A DNA stretch of 64,000 nucleotides from Octopus sinensis. Lineage: Eukaryota. Both the position numbers and the translations under genes were made by a program. Of this stretch, positions 1 to 12,259 are shown piece by piece. Position 1 is the first letter of the stretch. Every line of letters starts with the position of its first letter. The notes below the pieces were generated by a model that searched no databases, was not told the DNA's origin, and worked only from the letters and a program-made list of their open reading frames with translations. Where the stretch lies: positions 38,254,001 through 38,318,000 of the forward strand of contig NC_043006.1 of NCBI RefSeq assembly GCF_006345805.1, given 5' to 3'.

Positions 1-790
1 TATGTCTGTCCTTGTTTGTCCCCTCTGTGTTTAGCCCCTTGTGGGTAATAAAGAAATAGGTATTTCGTCTGCTGCTACGTTCTGAGTTCAAATTCGCCGA
101 GGTCGACTGTTCCTTTCATCCTTTCGGGGTCGAGTAATCGACTTATAACTATGTCTGTCTTTGTTTGTCCCCTCTGTGTTAGCCTTGTGGGTAATAAGAA
201 TAGGTATTTCTGCCGGAGAGCTGGCAGAATTGTTAGCACGCCGGACGAAATTGCTCAGCGGTATTCGTCTGCTGCTACGTTTTGAGTTCAAATTCCGCGA
301 GGTCGACTTTCCTTTCATCCTTTCGGGGTCGATAAATTAAGTACTAGTTACGCACTGGGGTCGATGTAATCGACTTAATACCTATGTCTGTCCTTGTTTG
401 TCTCCTCTGTGTATAGCTCCTTGTGGGTAATAAAGAAATAGGTATTTCGTCTGCCGCTACGTTCTGAGTTCAAATTCCGCCAAGGTCGACTTTGCCTTTC
501 ATCCTTACGGGGCCGATTAAATAAGTACCAGTTACGCACTGGGGTCGATAAAATCGACTTAATCCGTTTATCTGTACTTGTGTGTCCCCTCTGTGTTTGG
601 CCCCTTGTGGGTAGTAAGGAAATAGGTATTTCGTTTACTGCTACGTTCTGAGTTCAAATTCCGCCGAGGTCGACTTCGCCTTTCATCCTTTCGGGGTCGA
701 TAAATTAAGAACCAGTTGCGTACTGGGTCGATCTAATCGACTGGCCCCTACCACAAAATTTCGAGCCTTGTGCCTAGAATAGAAATGAAT
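1..790 (+). mobile_element. Head-to-tail cluster of tRNA-derived SINE family A copies
   Basis: Repeated ~170-225 bp unit GGTATTTCGTCTG..GTTCTGAGTTCAAATTCCGCCGAGGTCGAC..GGGGTCGAT..AAAGAAATA restarting at 59, 203, 441 and 626. Pol III A-box-like TGGCAGAATTGTTAG (222-236) and B-box GAGTTCAAATTCC. Confidence 0.85.
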
Positions 791-829
791 ATATATCTTT
801 AATATCTTTTTTTTAGCCATTCCATTGCA

Positions 830-1015
830 TCTCGAAGAAATTTTTGTGTTGAAGAAATCGACCCCATTTCTTTTAAAGCCTGGTGCTTATTCTACTGGTT
901 TCTTTTGTCGAACTGCTAAATTACAGATGCGTAAACACACCAACACCGATTGTCAAGCGGTGGCAGGGAACAATGACAGACACAAGGATACACACACACA
1001 GACACACAAATATAT

Positions 1016-1063
<48 letters not shown>

Positions 1064-1625
1064 AATATATATATATCATATATACATACAAGGGGTTCTT
1101 TCGGTTTCCGGCTACTAAATATATTCACAAGGCTTTGGTCGGCCTGGACCCGGACCCATGTGGTTGGGAAGCACGCTTCTTATCACAGTTATTTATTATT
1201 ATTTTAATCTCATACTTGTTACAACCATTAAACTGCGGCCATGCTGGGGCTCTGCATTGAAGGATTTTTCTTTTCGACGAACAAATCCACCCCAATACTT
1301 ATTTTTTGAAAAAAAAATCTGGTACTTTTTCTATTGATTTCTTTTGGTGACCCGCTAAGTTACAGGAACGGAAACAAACCGACACCGGTGGTCAAGCGGT
1401 GGAAACACACACACAAATACAAAGACGCAGACACACCTCGCACATAATCATATATATATAACGGGATTCCACACAGTTTCTGCCTACCAAATTCACTCAC
1501 ACGGCATTGACCGATCAGGAACTTATGGTAGGAAATACTTGCTCAAGGTGTAGCACAGCGGGAACGAACAAAATGGAAACCATCTGTTTGTAAAGCGAGC
1601 TTCATTATGTCACAGCCGTGCCATA
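830..1625 (-). mobile_element. Two partial SINE family B copies (tRNA head, CORE-like centre, LINE-like tail)
   Basis: Reverse complements of family B segments: CAAGGCTTTGGTCGGCC, GAACCCATGTGGTTGGGAAGC, CTGCGGCCATGCTGGGG, CGGTTGTCAAGCGGTGG. Confidence 0.75.
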
Positions 1626-2019
1626 TATCTGTAACAAACGGTATTCAGTGTAGATATTTAATACTCTAACATTCTGAATCGTCGATTAAAGAGTGCTCGC
1701 TGAAGTAGACAGCAGATACACTGTAGGAACAGGTGTGGCCATGTGGTAAGAAGATTGCTTATGGGGTCTTCAGTATAGAATGCGCGCCGTTTTGAGTTCT
1801 TTCTCTCGGGAGCATCAGTGCACATCGGATCCCCTCACTGAGATGAGGCCCTGGTTGCTAGATCAACTGTGTATCTGTATATCATATCATGTGCATGTCT
1901 GCCTGTCTCTGTCTCTTTCTCAATCTCTCTATATATACATATACATACGTTACTTGATAGTCACAATAATTTAAAAGAATTGTTTTGAAACTATTAACTG
2001 CTTAAGAAATCTATTATTC

Positions 2020-2050
<31 letters not shown>

Positions 2051-2594
2051 GGAGAGAGAGGAGAGAGGAGAGAGAGAGAGAAAGAAGAGAGAGAGAGAGA
2101 TGTAAACACACACCATATACTCTTATTAATAAATTGCAATGTTATTTCAATGCAAATGACTTCCTCATAACTGAGTCGCCAATTTGGTGGTAATCAATAT
2201 ATATAATAGTGCTAAACGATAGATGTAGTAGTAGTAGTAGTAGTAGTAGTATAGTAGTAGTAGTAGTAAGCAAAACGTCGGTAGAGTCAGAACTAAAACC
2301 GTTATCCAATCATGTAAAGAGCGCAAAACGGATGGGTTTTAAGTTTAATTTCCAGCATTAATTAAATTGATGTAGAAATAAGTCAGATAAAGGATGGTAA
2401 CTGGAGGTAGCCAAGGCAACAGAAGTTTATAAAGTTTTATGGATATAAATGTTATCGTTTAAGACAAAATGTTATAAGCGTAATTATTTTAATATGAATA
2501 AAGCAAGTATAATTCCTGGAAGATACAGGAAATATACTGATTAAAAACTGGTAATTATACGATTATTAATGTTGTTAATGAAAAAAAAAAAAAA

Positions 2595-2762
2595 TTGCGT
2601 AGACCCAAGCATGGCTGTGTGGTAAGAAGTTTGCTTTACAATCACATGGTTGTGGGCTCAGACCCGACCCGCAGTGTGGCATTTTGGGCAAGTGTCTTCT
2701 AGTATAACCTCCGCTCGACCAGAGAGTTGTGAGTGGATTTGGTAGACGGGAACTGAAAGAAG

Positions 2763-2765
<3 letters not shown>
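2595..2765 (+). mobile_element. SINE family B 5' half
   Basis: GGCTGTGTGGTAAGAAG..TTGGGCAAGTGTCTTCTAGTATA..GTGAGTGGATTTGGTAGACGGGAACTGAAAGAAG followed by (CA)n. Confidence 0.75.
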
Positions 2766-2814
<49 letters not shown>

Positions 2815-2984
2815 GAAAGGAGGTTTGACACCGGTCCGCACAGGAAAAATTCAATTTTAAAATTTTATTTCTATTCTAGCGCAGTGTGAAAAGTATTTTT
2901 GCATTATATATGTATCATAGGCAATATACCTATATCTACCTATCTATATGTGTGTGTGTGTGTGAATGTATAATATATTTATTT

Positions 2985-3207
2985 CTTTATTGCCCACATT
3001 GGGCTAAACATAGAGGGGACAAACAAGGACAGTCAAAAGGATTAAGTCGATTACATCGACCCCAGTGCGTAACTGGTGCTTATTTAATCGACCCTAAAGG
3101 GATGAAAGACAAAGTGGACCTCGGCAGAATTTGAAATCAGAACATAACGACAAACGAAATACCCCTAAGCAGTTCACTCAGCGTGCTAACAATTCTGCCA
3201 GCTCGCC
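2985..3207 (-). mobile_element. SINE family A, full length
   Basis: Reverse complement of the unit at 215-440. Confidence 0.8.
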
Positions 3208-3227
3208 GTCCTGGCGTGAGCGTAATA

Positions 3228-3650
3228 TCTCTTATTATAAAAGGCAGATTTTATCTGCCTCCCTTTGGGAGTTATACAAATCTACAATATAGGATTTCTT
3301 CAATTACAATTTACCTAGCAGTTTTAAGAGTACAATGCATCGCGTCATGCCAGGTCCAGTTTTTAAAATTTAAACTCCAATTAAGCAAAATTTACAGAAA
3401 ACTCACATTCTGGTGTGTGTGTCAAATGCTTTTCTTAGTCTGGTTTACACCACACGCAAACGCACACACACAGTGGGCAACGAATAAAACGAAGTAATTC
3501 ACTTACTGTAGTGAGTGATTCTTTCACTCTGCCTCCCACTTCCACTTTCCACACATACACACGCAAATATATAATAAAATTGTAAGCTAACGTGCGTGTG
3601 TGTGAGTGTGTTTGTTTGTGTGCGCGTGTGTGTGTGTGTGTGAGGGTGAC
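3228..3650 (+). mobile_element. Possible non-autonomous Helitron 5' portion
   Basis: Starts A|TCTCTTATTATAAAAGG, resembling Helitron 5'-TC termini. No 3' hairpin/CTAG found; right boundary is a guess. Confidence 0.3.
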
Positions 3651-3689
3651 ATAGACCAAAGCAGAGAATGTATTCTTTTATCTTCTGCT

Positions 3690-3890
3690 TTTTCCAGCCA
3701 TTGGTCTGTGGCCATGCTGGGGCAATGCCTTGAAGAATTGTAGTTTAATGAATCAACTCCAGTTTTATTTTTGTAAGCATTGTACTTTTCTATCTGTTTC
3801 CTTTGTCAACCACTAGGTGACAGGGGTGTAAACAAACCAACATTCGTTGTCAAGCAGTGGTGGAGGACAATCACAAGCACAGACACGCAC
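3690..3890 (-). mobile_element. SINE family B 3' half
   Basis: TGTGGCCATGCTGGGG tail and GTAAACAAACCAACATTCGTTGTCAAGC segment. Confidence 0.7.
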
Positions 3891-3967
3891 ACACACACAC
3901 ATACATGCATACACATATACACACATACATACATATACATACATATATATATATGTGTGTATATATA

Positions 3968-4223
3968 TTGCAGCGTGGAAGGTGTTTGTAAGCCATTTAA
4001 GAAACACACAAAAACCGTTACATTCACTTCAACATTTAAATTTAATTTGCCAAAATATTTTCGTCGCTTTGAGACCGCGACCTGTTCACTGACAAAAATA
4101 TCGTGCTAACAGGTCGCGGTCTCAAAGCGACGAAAATATTTTGACAATTAAATTTAAATGTTGAAGTGAATCTAACGGTTTTTGTGTGTCTTAAATGGCT
4201 TATAAACACCTTCAACGCTGCAA
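3968..4223. repeat. Fold-back element / MITE, ~118-bp arms with 21-bp spacer
   Basis: 3968-4086 (TTGCAGCGTGGAAGGTGTTT..CGCGACCTGTT) is the near-perfect reverse complement of 4108-4223. Confidence 0.85.
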
Positions 4224-4386
4224 CTGTTTTTCGTTCCGGCACACGATCTCAGATCAAGTCACTTGCTATGCAAGTACATCTCTGTAACTATATATATATT
4301 TATATATATATATATATGTATATTGGTAAAAACAGTAAGATAACAAAAGAAAGAAAGAGACCTCAATATTATGTAAATAGAGGAAA

Positions 4387-4780
4387 TCTTTATATATAAA
4401 AGTGAGGTTGTGTGTCTGTCTCCTACGATTTAGATTCCTAACTACTCCCACATTTTGCGGTGCAGTTTAACCAAAAGCGGGTATCTTATAGTCGTGATTC
4501 ATATCGAGACCGTCTGGGTATTAGCGCGCGTCTACGATGAGTCTACGATTTAAAAAAAAATTTACCATCATTTTTCCCATTTTTAATCCATTTTTGACAT
4601 ATATAAGGGAAGTAACTCTCTAAAATTTATTATTAAATCTCAGAACGTAAAAAGCTACAGTAACACCCCTCCCCCTTTCTGGTTAGCCATATTAAGATGG
4701 CTATTATACTTTACATCTCTAAAAATGCTTATATAATTATTTCCCTTACAAACCCGAGCAACGCCGGGCGATACTGCTAG
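4387..4780 (+). mobile_element. Non-autonomous Helitron
   Basis: 5' A|TCTTTATATATAAAAG, 3' hairpin CCCGAGCAACGCCGGG (4753-4768) then CTAG|T. Second copy at 16179-16577. Confidence 0.85.
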
Positions 4781-4844
4781 TGTTATATATGAAATAATTA
4801 GATTATATATTATGGACTATATTGTGTTTTGTTATGTTCATGAT

Positions 4845-4912
4845 CCCATGTGCCGTGGAAGAACTGTTTTACATGGAACCGGTCCCTGGTGCAAAAATCT
4901 TAGGGTTCACTG
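4845..4912. mobile_element. hAT (Charlie/MER1-like) MITE terminal fragment
   Basis: GAACCGGTCCCTGGTGCAAAAATCTTAGGGTTCACTG resembles the GGTCCCTGGTGCCAAAAAGGTTGGGGACCGCTG terminus of hAT MITEs. Confidence 0.45.
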
Positions 4913-5135
4913 CTACAAATGGTCAGGGGTATGCATTTAAGCTTCACTAAAAGATAAAATCAAAAGATTCTTTTTTTCAAAACGGTCTTAGTTGTTATTG
5001 CTAACTGATGAACGCCTTCTTTAACGCGAAACGTAAAGTAATTAAACAGCATTCAACTATAACAATGATAACTCTTTCTCTCCCTCTGTCTCTCTATCAC
5101 TGTGAGCCCCTGTCTCCCTCTTTATGGGCATATTC

Positions 5136-5166
<31 letters not shown>

Positions 5167-5381
5167 TACATGTGTGTACGAATGTATGTGTGTGTGTTAT
5201 ATATTTTCCATAGAAAAGCATTGTTACAAGAAAAAATACCAACGCAATGTATGTTATCCCCTTTAAACATCAAATGAAAAATGAACAATGTTCTAATTAC
5301 CGCATTAATCATAACATCAACCACCATTCGATAATTAACCTTTAAAAATATGATATTATATGATATTATATATATATGATA

Positions 5382-5417
<36 letters not shown>

Positions 5418-5790
5418 TATGGTGTGTCAATTAGTATTAATATTTTAATTAAACGAACATTCTCATCAGAGTTACGAAGTTGATTAAAACTGTAATTAGT
5501 ATGGCTTTCCATTAATCTAGACTGATTACTGGAAGGTGAAGAATGTAGTTTGCAAGTCAAAGAAAGAAAGAAAGAACGATTGAAAGAAAGAAAGAAAGAA
5601 AGAAAGAAAGAATGAATGAATGAATTGAAAAAGAAAAAAGAAAGAAGGGAAGAAATAAGGAAAAAGCAAAATAAATAAATAAATAAAATGGCGGGTGAAG
5701 AAACCACACCCCCTCACATATACCATATACACTCACATAAGCTTAGACTAAAACATGCGCACGTGCTCCTTCATTAATACACAATGGACT

Positions 5791-5836
<46 letters not shown>

Positions 5837-6130
5837 TGTATGTATGTATGTATTATGTATGTATGTATAGTGTGTGTGTAATTTGAATGCATAGGTATGT
5901 GTATATATGTAGGTATGCATGCATGTATTTGTATATACATGCGTGTGCAATTATTACACTTATAAGTTTAGAGATGAATTCTATAATCAGCGAATGACCG
6001 GTAGCAAAATGTTAATGTACACTTGGCTTGTTAACAAGGTGGAATGGTTGAACTTCACCCTCAATTTAGTTGTGTGTTTGTGTGTATTCATATTATCCGT
6101 ACAGCTCAAAGTAAGGTGAATAAAATCAAA

Positions 6131-6609
6131 ATAAGCAACAGGATATCAAGAAATGAAGCAGCACGAGCGTTTCAAGCGGCTCCATTTAATTGATCAATGC
6201 AATCATTACATCAGTTTAAATGCAGGGCGATCCTCAGCTACACAAATAAATAAATACAGTTTTAATCAGTCGGACACATTAATATAATTTTTTATAAAAA
6301 GACTAATAAATCAAAAATGAACCACAATCCTTTACAAGCTATGACTCCAACAAACTTCATACATTTCTTGGAAGTGTAATATATTCTTAGATACAATAGC
6401 GATAACATGAATTTTTTTTTATCTTCTTGCACTATTGGAATATTTGAGTAAAATTATTTTAATGTGTCCGACTGATTAAAATTCTATTTACTTATTTATG
6501 CAGCTGAGGATAGTTCTGCATTTAAATTGTGTAATGATTGCATTATTCAAATAAATGGAGTCGCTTGAAACGGTCGTACTGCATCACTTCTTGATATCCT
6601 GTTGCTTAT
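6131..6609. mobile_element. MITE with long (~150 bp) imperfect terminal inverted repeats
   Basis: ATAAGCAACAGGATATCAAGAA.. at 6131 mirrors ..TTCTTGATATCCTGTTGCTTAT ending at 6609. Partial copy at 27432-27600. Confidence 0.8.
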
Positions 6610-6654
6610 ATATATGTTTTATATGTACATATATATATTTGTGTGTGTGTGTAT

Positions 6655-6691
<37 letters not shown>

Positions 6692-6754
6692 AATATATAT
6701 ATGCCAGCTCGCCGACTTTATAAATATATATATATAAAATACACTTTATATAAT

Positions 6755-6965
6755 GATGCTCCAGTCCATTCAACTGGCAAAAATGAGTTGCAGCTGTATT
6801 TCAAATGGCCAGCCATATCACATTCTGAGTCATGCTGAATCTCTATGTGAACCACGTTAAAGGTCACCGTGTCTGTGGAGTACTGAGCCACTTTCCCGTC
6901 AATTCCATGATCAGGCTTTTCCTTTGATCGGATCAACTGGATCTCTCGTCGTCGCAACCGACGGA
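6755..6965 (+). mobile_element. SINE family C/D 3' portion
   Basis: GCTCCAGTCCATTCAACTGGCAAAAATGAG..GTGTCTGTGGAGTACTGAGCCAC..GATCGGATCAACTGG..CGTCGTCGCAACCGACGG, shared with 17050-17340 and 19330-19707. Confidence 0.7.
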
Positions 6966-7019
6966 TTACCAGTTTTAGTTCTAATAATATGAATTGTAAA
7001 GCATAGTAATATGTTATGT

Positions 7020-7410
7020 AGGCGCAGGCCTACCTGTGTGGCAGGAAGATTGCTTCCCAATCACATGGTTCCGGGTTCAGTCCCACTGCATGGCACCTTG
7101 GATCAAAGTGTCTTCTACTATAACCTTGGGCCAGCCAAAACCACGTGGGTGGATTTGGTAGACAGAAACTGAAAGAAGCCCGAGTATACATACATGTTTA
7201 TGTACCTATCTATATGTGTGCCTTTCTGCCTTTTTTTATCCGCACACAACTACCTGACAACCCGTATTGTTGTGTTTGCTTGCGTCCCCGTAACTTAGCT
7301 GTTCAGCAAAACAGAACCGATGAAATATGTACTGGAGTCGAATCATTCGATTCAAAATTCAAGGCTGTGCTCCAACATGGCCGCCGTTTAATCACTGGAT
7401 TAACGACAGA
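7020..7410 (+). mobile_element. SINE family B
   Basis: GGCGCAGG..CACATGGTTCCGGGTTCAGTCCCACTGCATGGCACCTTGG head; GTGCTCCAACATGGCCGC tail. Confidence 0.75.
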
Positions 7411-8835
7411 AGATTGTAGTAGAGCAGATAAAACAGTATGGACGTAGGTGGTGATAAACGCAGTTATATGTTGTAATAGCGTGGGTGGTAGTATATGATT
7501 GTACGTAGTGTAAATGAAGTATTTTTTTTGTGGCAAGATATGTGTGGGTTGTAGTACAGAAATTGCCAAAATCAAATAACAACAACAACGACGACGATGA
7601 TGATGATGATGATGATGATGATAATAATAATAGTAATAATAATTATAGTAGCAGTAATAATAATAATAAGGAATAGTAAGACTGTCTGTTAGCAAGTAAC
7701 GTCAGCTTTTCGAGAGTTTTAAATAGATTCTGACAATGATATCTTTCGTTAGAGCAATGTTCAGGGTGGGAATCGGGTATTTGGTGGCGCTGGGAGGCAG
7801 GTAGATGTGCAGTTGTGGGAAGATAGGTGGTGGGCAGTTGAGTGCACGCGCGTGTCTGTGCGTCTATGTGTGTGTGTGTGTATATATATATGTATGTGTT
7901 TGAGTGTGTGTGTGTATGTATGTATGTATGTATGTATGTATGTATGTATATATGTCTGAGTCTGTATGTATACGCGTTTGTGTCGAGGCATGTATGTATG
8001 TATGTATGTATGTATTATTCTATGTGTGTATGTATGTGTGTTTGTTTGTTCATGTGTGTATGCATGTGTGACTTCATTGCGGTTTCTTACGGTGAGGTGC
8101 AAAGGTTGAAGGGCTGACGGATGGATTGAGGGTGGGTGTAATAAGTATATGGGGTCGTGGATGCGGCAGGCGTTGGGCGGTTGAATGCACATGACTCTGT
8201 GTGTGTGTGTGTGTGTGTCTTGTGTGCGTGTGTGTATGTATTTGACGCTCTTTTGTTTCTTACAACGAAAAGGGTGGGTCATGTCGGTACCCGTATAGAA
8301 ATATCTTTTATTTTTTTATCTTTTATTTTTTTATCTTTCATTTGTTGCAGTCATTCGAGTGCGGCCATGCTGGGGCACAGCCTGAAGGGTTTCAGTCGAA
8401 CAAAACGATTCCAGTACTTATTTTCTCAGTCTTTTCTCAGTCTCATACACCGAATCGGTAATGTTATGCAAACAAACCAACACCGGTTGTGAAGCGGTGA
8501 TGGGCAAATAAACACATAGACCAACACATACGTTAATAAGAATATAGGGTGGATAGTGGACGCTAAGGAAAGGAACGTATACTCAGCCATATGTGTGTGT
8601 ATGTGTTTCTGGGTGTTTGTGGGTACATATGGAAGTAAGTTCGTAGTTGCATGCGGAATACATCTATGTAATATCTTTCATATGAAGCGCTGCGTTTCTT
8701 TTTATAAGGGGCGGCTGTGAGGATCGAAAAGGTGGCGTTGGATATACTGGTATGTCCAATAAAATTTTAAATGATTGACAACATATTTAAACTTATCGAA
8801 CCAAACACACCAAGGCGAGGAAAAATGAATCATAT

Positions 8836-9285
8836 CGCAGGAGTGGCTGTGTGGTAAGAAGCTTGCTTACCAACCACATAGTTCCGGGATCAGCCCCACT
8901 GTGTGGCACCTTGGGCAAGTGTCTTCTACTATAGCCTCGGGCCGACCGAAGCCTTGTGAGTGGATTTGATAGACGGAAACTGAAAGAAACCTGTCATACA
9001 CACACGCGCGTGCGCGCGCACACACACACATATATATTATATGAATGAATGTATGTATGTATGTATGTATGTATGTATGTGTGCATTTGTGTGTCTGTTC
9101 GTCCCCCACATCATCGCTTGACAACCGGTGTTGATATGTTTACGCCCTCGTAACCCAGCGGTTCGGCAAAAGAGACCAGTAGATCAAGTACTAGGCTTGC
9201 AAAGAATAAGTCCTGGGGTCGATTTGTTCGACTAAAGGTGGTGCTCCAGCATTGCTGCAGTCAAATAATTGAAACAAATAAAAGA
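8836..9285 (+). mobile_element. SINE family B, full length
   Basis: GCAGGAGTGGCTGTGTGGTAAG head, GGCACCTTGGGCAAGTGTCTT CORE-like segment, internal microsatellite, GGTGCTCCAGCAT..CAGTCAAATAATTGAAAC tail. Confidence 0.85.
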
Positions 9286-9602
9286 ATATATATATATATA
9301 TTCTTTTGTTTCAGTCATTTGACTGCAGCTATGCTGGAGCACCGCCTTTATGTATGTATGTATGTATGTATATTAGAAGCGATGAATAGGTGTCAATTCT
9401 TTACAGCTGTTTCCAACAATTTTTTTGATTGATAGGTGCATTATATCATTATATTTCTATAGTTGCTGTGTATGCATTTTTGCCCCAACCCAGTGCCTAA
9501 CCATTATTCAGTAATAATACAAACAATTTTACATTAATCTGATGGGTTGCTCTATGCTTTATAGAATACAAATTTATTATTCTTAAAGAAGAATATTATT
9601 CA

Positions 9603-9643
9603 CTGTGACTTCGAAGTTTCGGGCATTTAAGGCTTCGTCGGAC
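9603..9643 (-). ncRNA. Degenerate minimal type I hammerhead motif
   Basis: Minus strand: CCGACGA-agccttaaatgccc-GAAA-cttcgaag-TC. Stem III is the palindrome ACTTCGAAGT; U4C change, poor stems I and II. Confidence 0.35.
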
Positions 9644-9659
9644 TTATACATACGCACGT

Positions 9660-9933
9660 GATGGTCTGTCTAGCAGAAGACAATATATGAGCGTTCAGTG
9701 TTTGCCGAACGACCTGCACAAATGTCTTGTTTATAGTGATCAAATGTTCGTGTGGCACATTAGCTCACCCTTCCAATAAATCAACGTCGCCTGAACAGGT
9801 GCCACGGAGTACCGAACGTCAGGTGTCAAAGTGACCGCAGCGTTGCGTGAGATGAAGTGTTTTGCTCAAGAATCCAACGCACCACCGGGTCTAGGAATTG
9901 TAATCGCGATCTTGCAATCGTGAGTGCAATACC
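9660..9933 (-). mobile_element. SINE family D fragment
   Basis: GAGATGAAGTGTTTTGCTCAAGAATCCAACGCACCACCGGG segment, shared with 11150-11250, 17200-17340 and 25245-25520. Confidence 0.65.
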
Positions 9934-10107
9934 CTAGCGTAGCTAGTGGGGTGGGGACGAATGGTCCGCGTAGCTAGTGGTGGGGTGGTAGGGGCGGTCC
10001 GCCCTGGGCGACACTTCTAAAGGTACTCCACTTTTGGAGGGGTGTCTGCTGTAGGTAACATGTGTTTTTGTGGGGTCCTGGGGCGGCACACACTTTAGCT
10101 ACGCTAG
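9934..10107. mobile_element. Small GC-rich MITE (hAT-like)
   Basis: 12-bp TIRs CTAGCGTAGCTA (9934-9945) and TAGCTACGCTAG (10096-10107). No clear TSD. Confidence 0.6.
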
Positions 10108-10137
10108 TGCGTCTCTCTCGTGTGTGTGTGTATGTGT

Positions 10138-10192
<55 letters not shown>

Positions 10193-10644
10193 CGTGCGTG
10201 TGTTTGTGCGTGTATTTGAGGAGTGCTGGCATTTGTCAATGAGTGAAACACTGATAAAAAGTACTTTTAGTGGTGAAAGACGAGTATGTGTTTACGTGAT
10301 GATAGGTACGTATGCAAATACACGTGTGCATGTGTACCTTTGTGTGTGTGTATATGTATGTGTGTGAAAAAGGAAGACAGAGAGAAAGGGGGAGGGAGAG
10401 AGTGAAAGCGCGAGAAAGAGCATGTATGTGCGTCGGGGAACAAGTGTGAGTGTGTGTATGTTTACGCGTGTGAAACTGATACTGTGTGTATGAAATACTC
10501 GTTTACAGAAAACAACTTCAAGGCAACGGTGATATTCAATTGTTTGTGTTTATACGCATGTGCGTGTATACACACACACATGCATACATATATGTCATGT
10601 GCACAGGCACACAAACGCACATACATACATACATGCATACACAC

Positions 10645-10721
<77 letters not shown>

Positions 10722-10768
10722 TACACGTCTCTCTTTCTCATATACATACAAATATATATATATATAAA

Positions 10769-10806
<38 letters not shown>

Positions 10807-10869
10807 GTATGTATAACAGAAACTCGCCGGAAGGTTAGCGCACAGCAGGATAGTTCTTCAGAGGAAGAA

Positions 10870-10920
10870 CTCTCATCCGACAAGTGTTTCGGCCCTTGTA
10901 CCTCACAGACTCTACGAGAG
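10870..10920 (-). ncRNA. Hammerhead-like motif with a 1-nt core deletion
   Basis: Minus strand: ctctcgtagagt-CTG(-)TGA-ggtacaagggcc-GAAA-cacttg-TC-ggatgagag. Confidence 0.4.
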
Positions 10921-11019
10921 GTGGGCCCACCCAGGTCATGACTCCTAAGTGTCCTCCTGCTGCTTTTCAAGATCTTGCTTCCAGCGGGATTTGAACCTGT
11001 GTCGTTTTGTGTTCCCAGG

Positions 11020-11250
11020 TCTTACTGAACTGCCTGCACAGATGATTTGCTTACAGTAATCAAATGTTTGTGCCGTATATCAGCTGAGTCCCTCTATCGA
11101 AAACTCGGCATTGCCTGTAGAGGTTCACAGTGTCGAAGGGATCGCAGAACTACTTGAAATGAAGTGTTTTGCTCAAGAACGCAATGCACCGCCTGGTCCG
11201 AGAATCGAAACCACGATCTTGTAATCGTGTGTGCAACGCCCTAACTCGTA
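11020..11250 (-). mobile_element. SINE family D
   Basis: GAAATGAAGTGTTTTGCTCAAGAACGCAATGCACCGCCTGGTCCGAGAATCGAAACCACGATC is the reverse complement of a tRNA-like head. Confidence 0.7.
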
Positions 11251-11335
11251 CATAATGCGTGCGCGTGTGTGCAGCGAAAGTGAGAGAGAGAGAGAGGGAA
11301 GATAGACAGACAGACAGATAGATAGATTGACAGAA

Positions 11336-11380
<45 letters not shown>

Positions 11381-11771
11381 GAGAGAGGGAGAGAGAGAGA
11401 TTCAGAGAGGGAGCGAGGCGGATGGAGAGAGATGGACAGATAGATAGATAAATAGAGAGAGAGAGAGATGGACAGATAGATAGATAAATAGAGATAGAAA
11501 GATAGAGAGATAGAGATAGATAGATAGACAGATAGATAAAGATAAAAAGAGAGAGCGATAGAGAGAGAGGGAGAGAGAGAGAGAGAGAGAGAGCGACAGA
11601 GAAACACAGGGATACTAACACGGAGTCAGAAGATGCCTATGTGTATACAGAGAAGCGTGTGATTGTGCTTAAGTCCTTTTATATGTTGCTGTGTGCATGT
11701 GTTGCACATTTATTCACCCGTGCATTTGCGGAAGTGATTTTGTTCTTATTTGATATTTCTCATAAAGAAGC

Positions 11772-11988
11772 TGGCGACTTGGGAGTATCGGTAGCACGCC
11801 GGACAAAATGCTTAGCGGCATTTCAGCAACTTTCACGTTCTGATTTCAAATTCCACCGAAGTCGACTTTGCCTTTCGTCCTTTTTGTGGGGTCGATGAAA
11901 TCAGTACCAATTGAGCACTGGGGTGAAAGTGACTGACTTCTCCCTTCCACCCACCAAATTTCAAGCTTTGTGCCGATAGCAGAAATGA
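11772..11988 (+). mobile_element. Diverged SINE family A copy
   Basis: GCACGCCGGACAAAATGCTTAGCGGCATTTC..TTCAAATTCCACCGAAGTCGACTTTGCC. Confidence 0.75.
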
Positions 11989-12259
11989 TATTTCCATTAA
12001 GTCGTTCATTGGACCGAGTAAATATATCTTTACTTAGCGCAGCGCTGGCTTGACCATTAAGCAAAATAAGCACGTGCCTCAAGGGAAAGGGACATCACAG
12101 AAATGGTAAATGGTTTACAGTACAAAAGAAATCACTTTTAACTAGCTAAGATAAACATTATTGAGTGTGCCTTTCCAAATATAGACATTGCATTTCTTAT
12201 ATTTTTAACATAAATAATCACAAATTTATCAGCTGAACGTTTATTTTCTCAGTGAAGTA

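Noticed and set aside
215-300. tRNA genes at A-box/B-box motifs (also 19330, 30425-30480 and others)
   Set aside because: They continue into SINE bodies and do not form a complete cloverleaf; these are SINE heads.
4108-4146. GTCGC..GCGAC-GAAA as a hammerhead half
   Set aside because: There is no CUGANGA core upstream in either arm.
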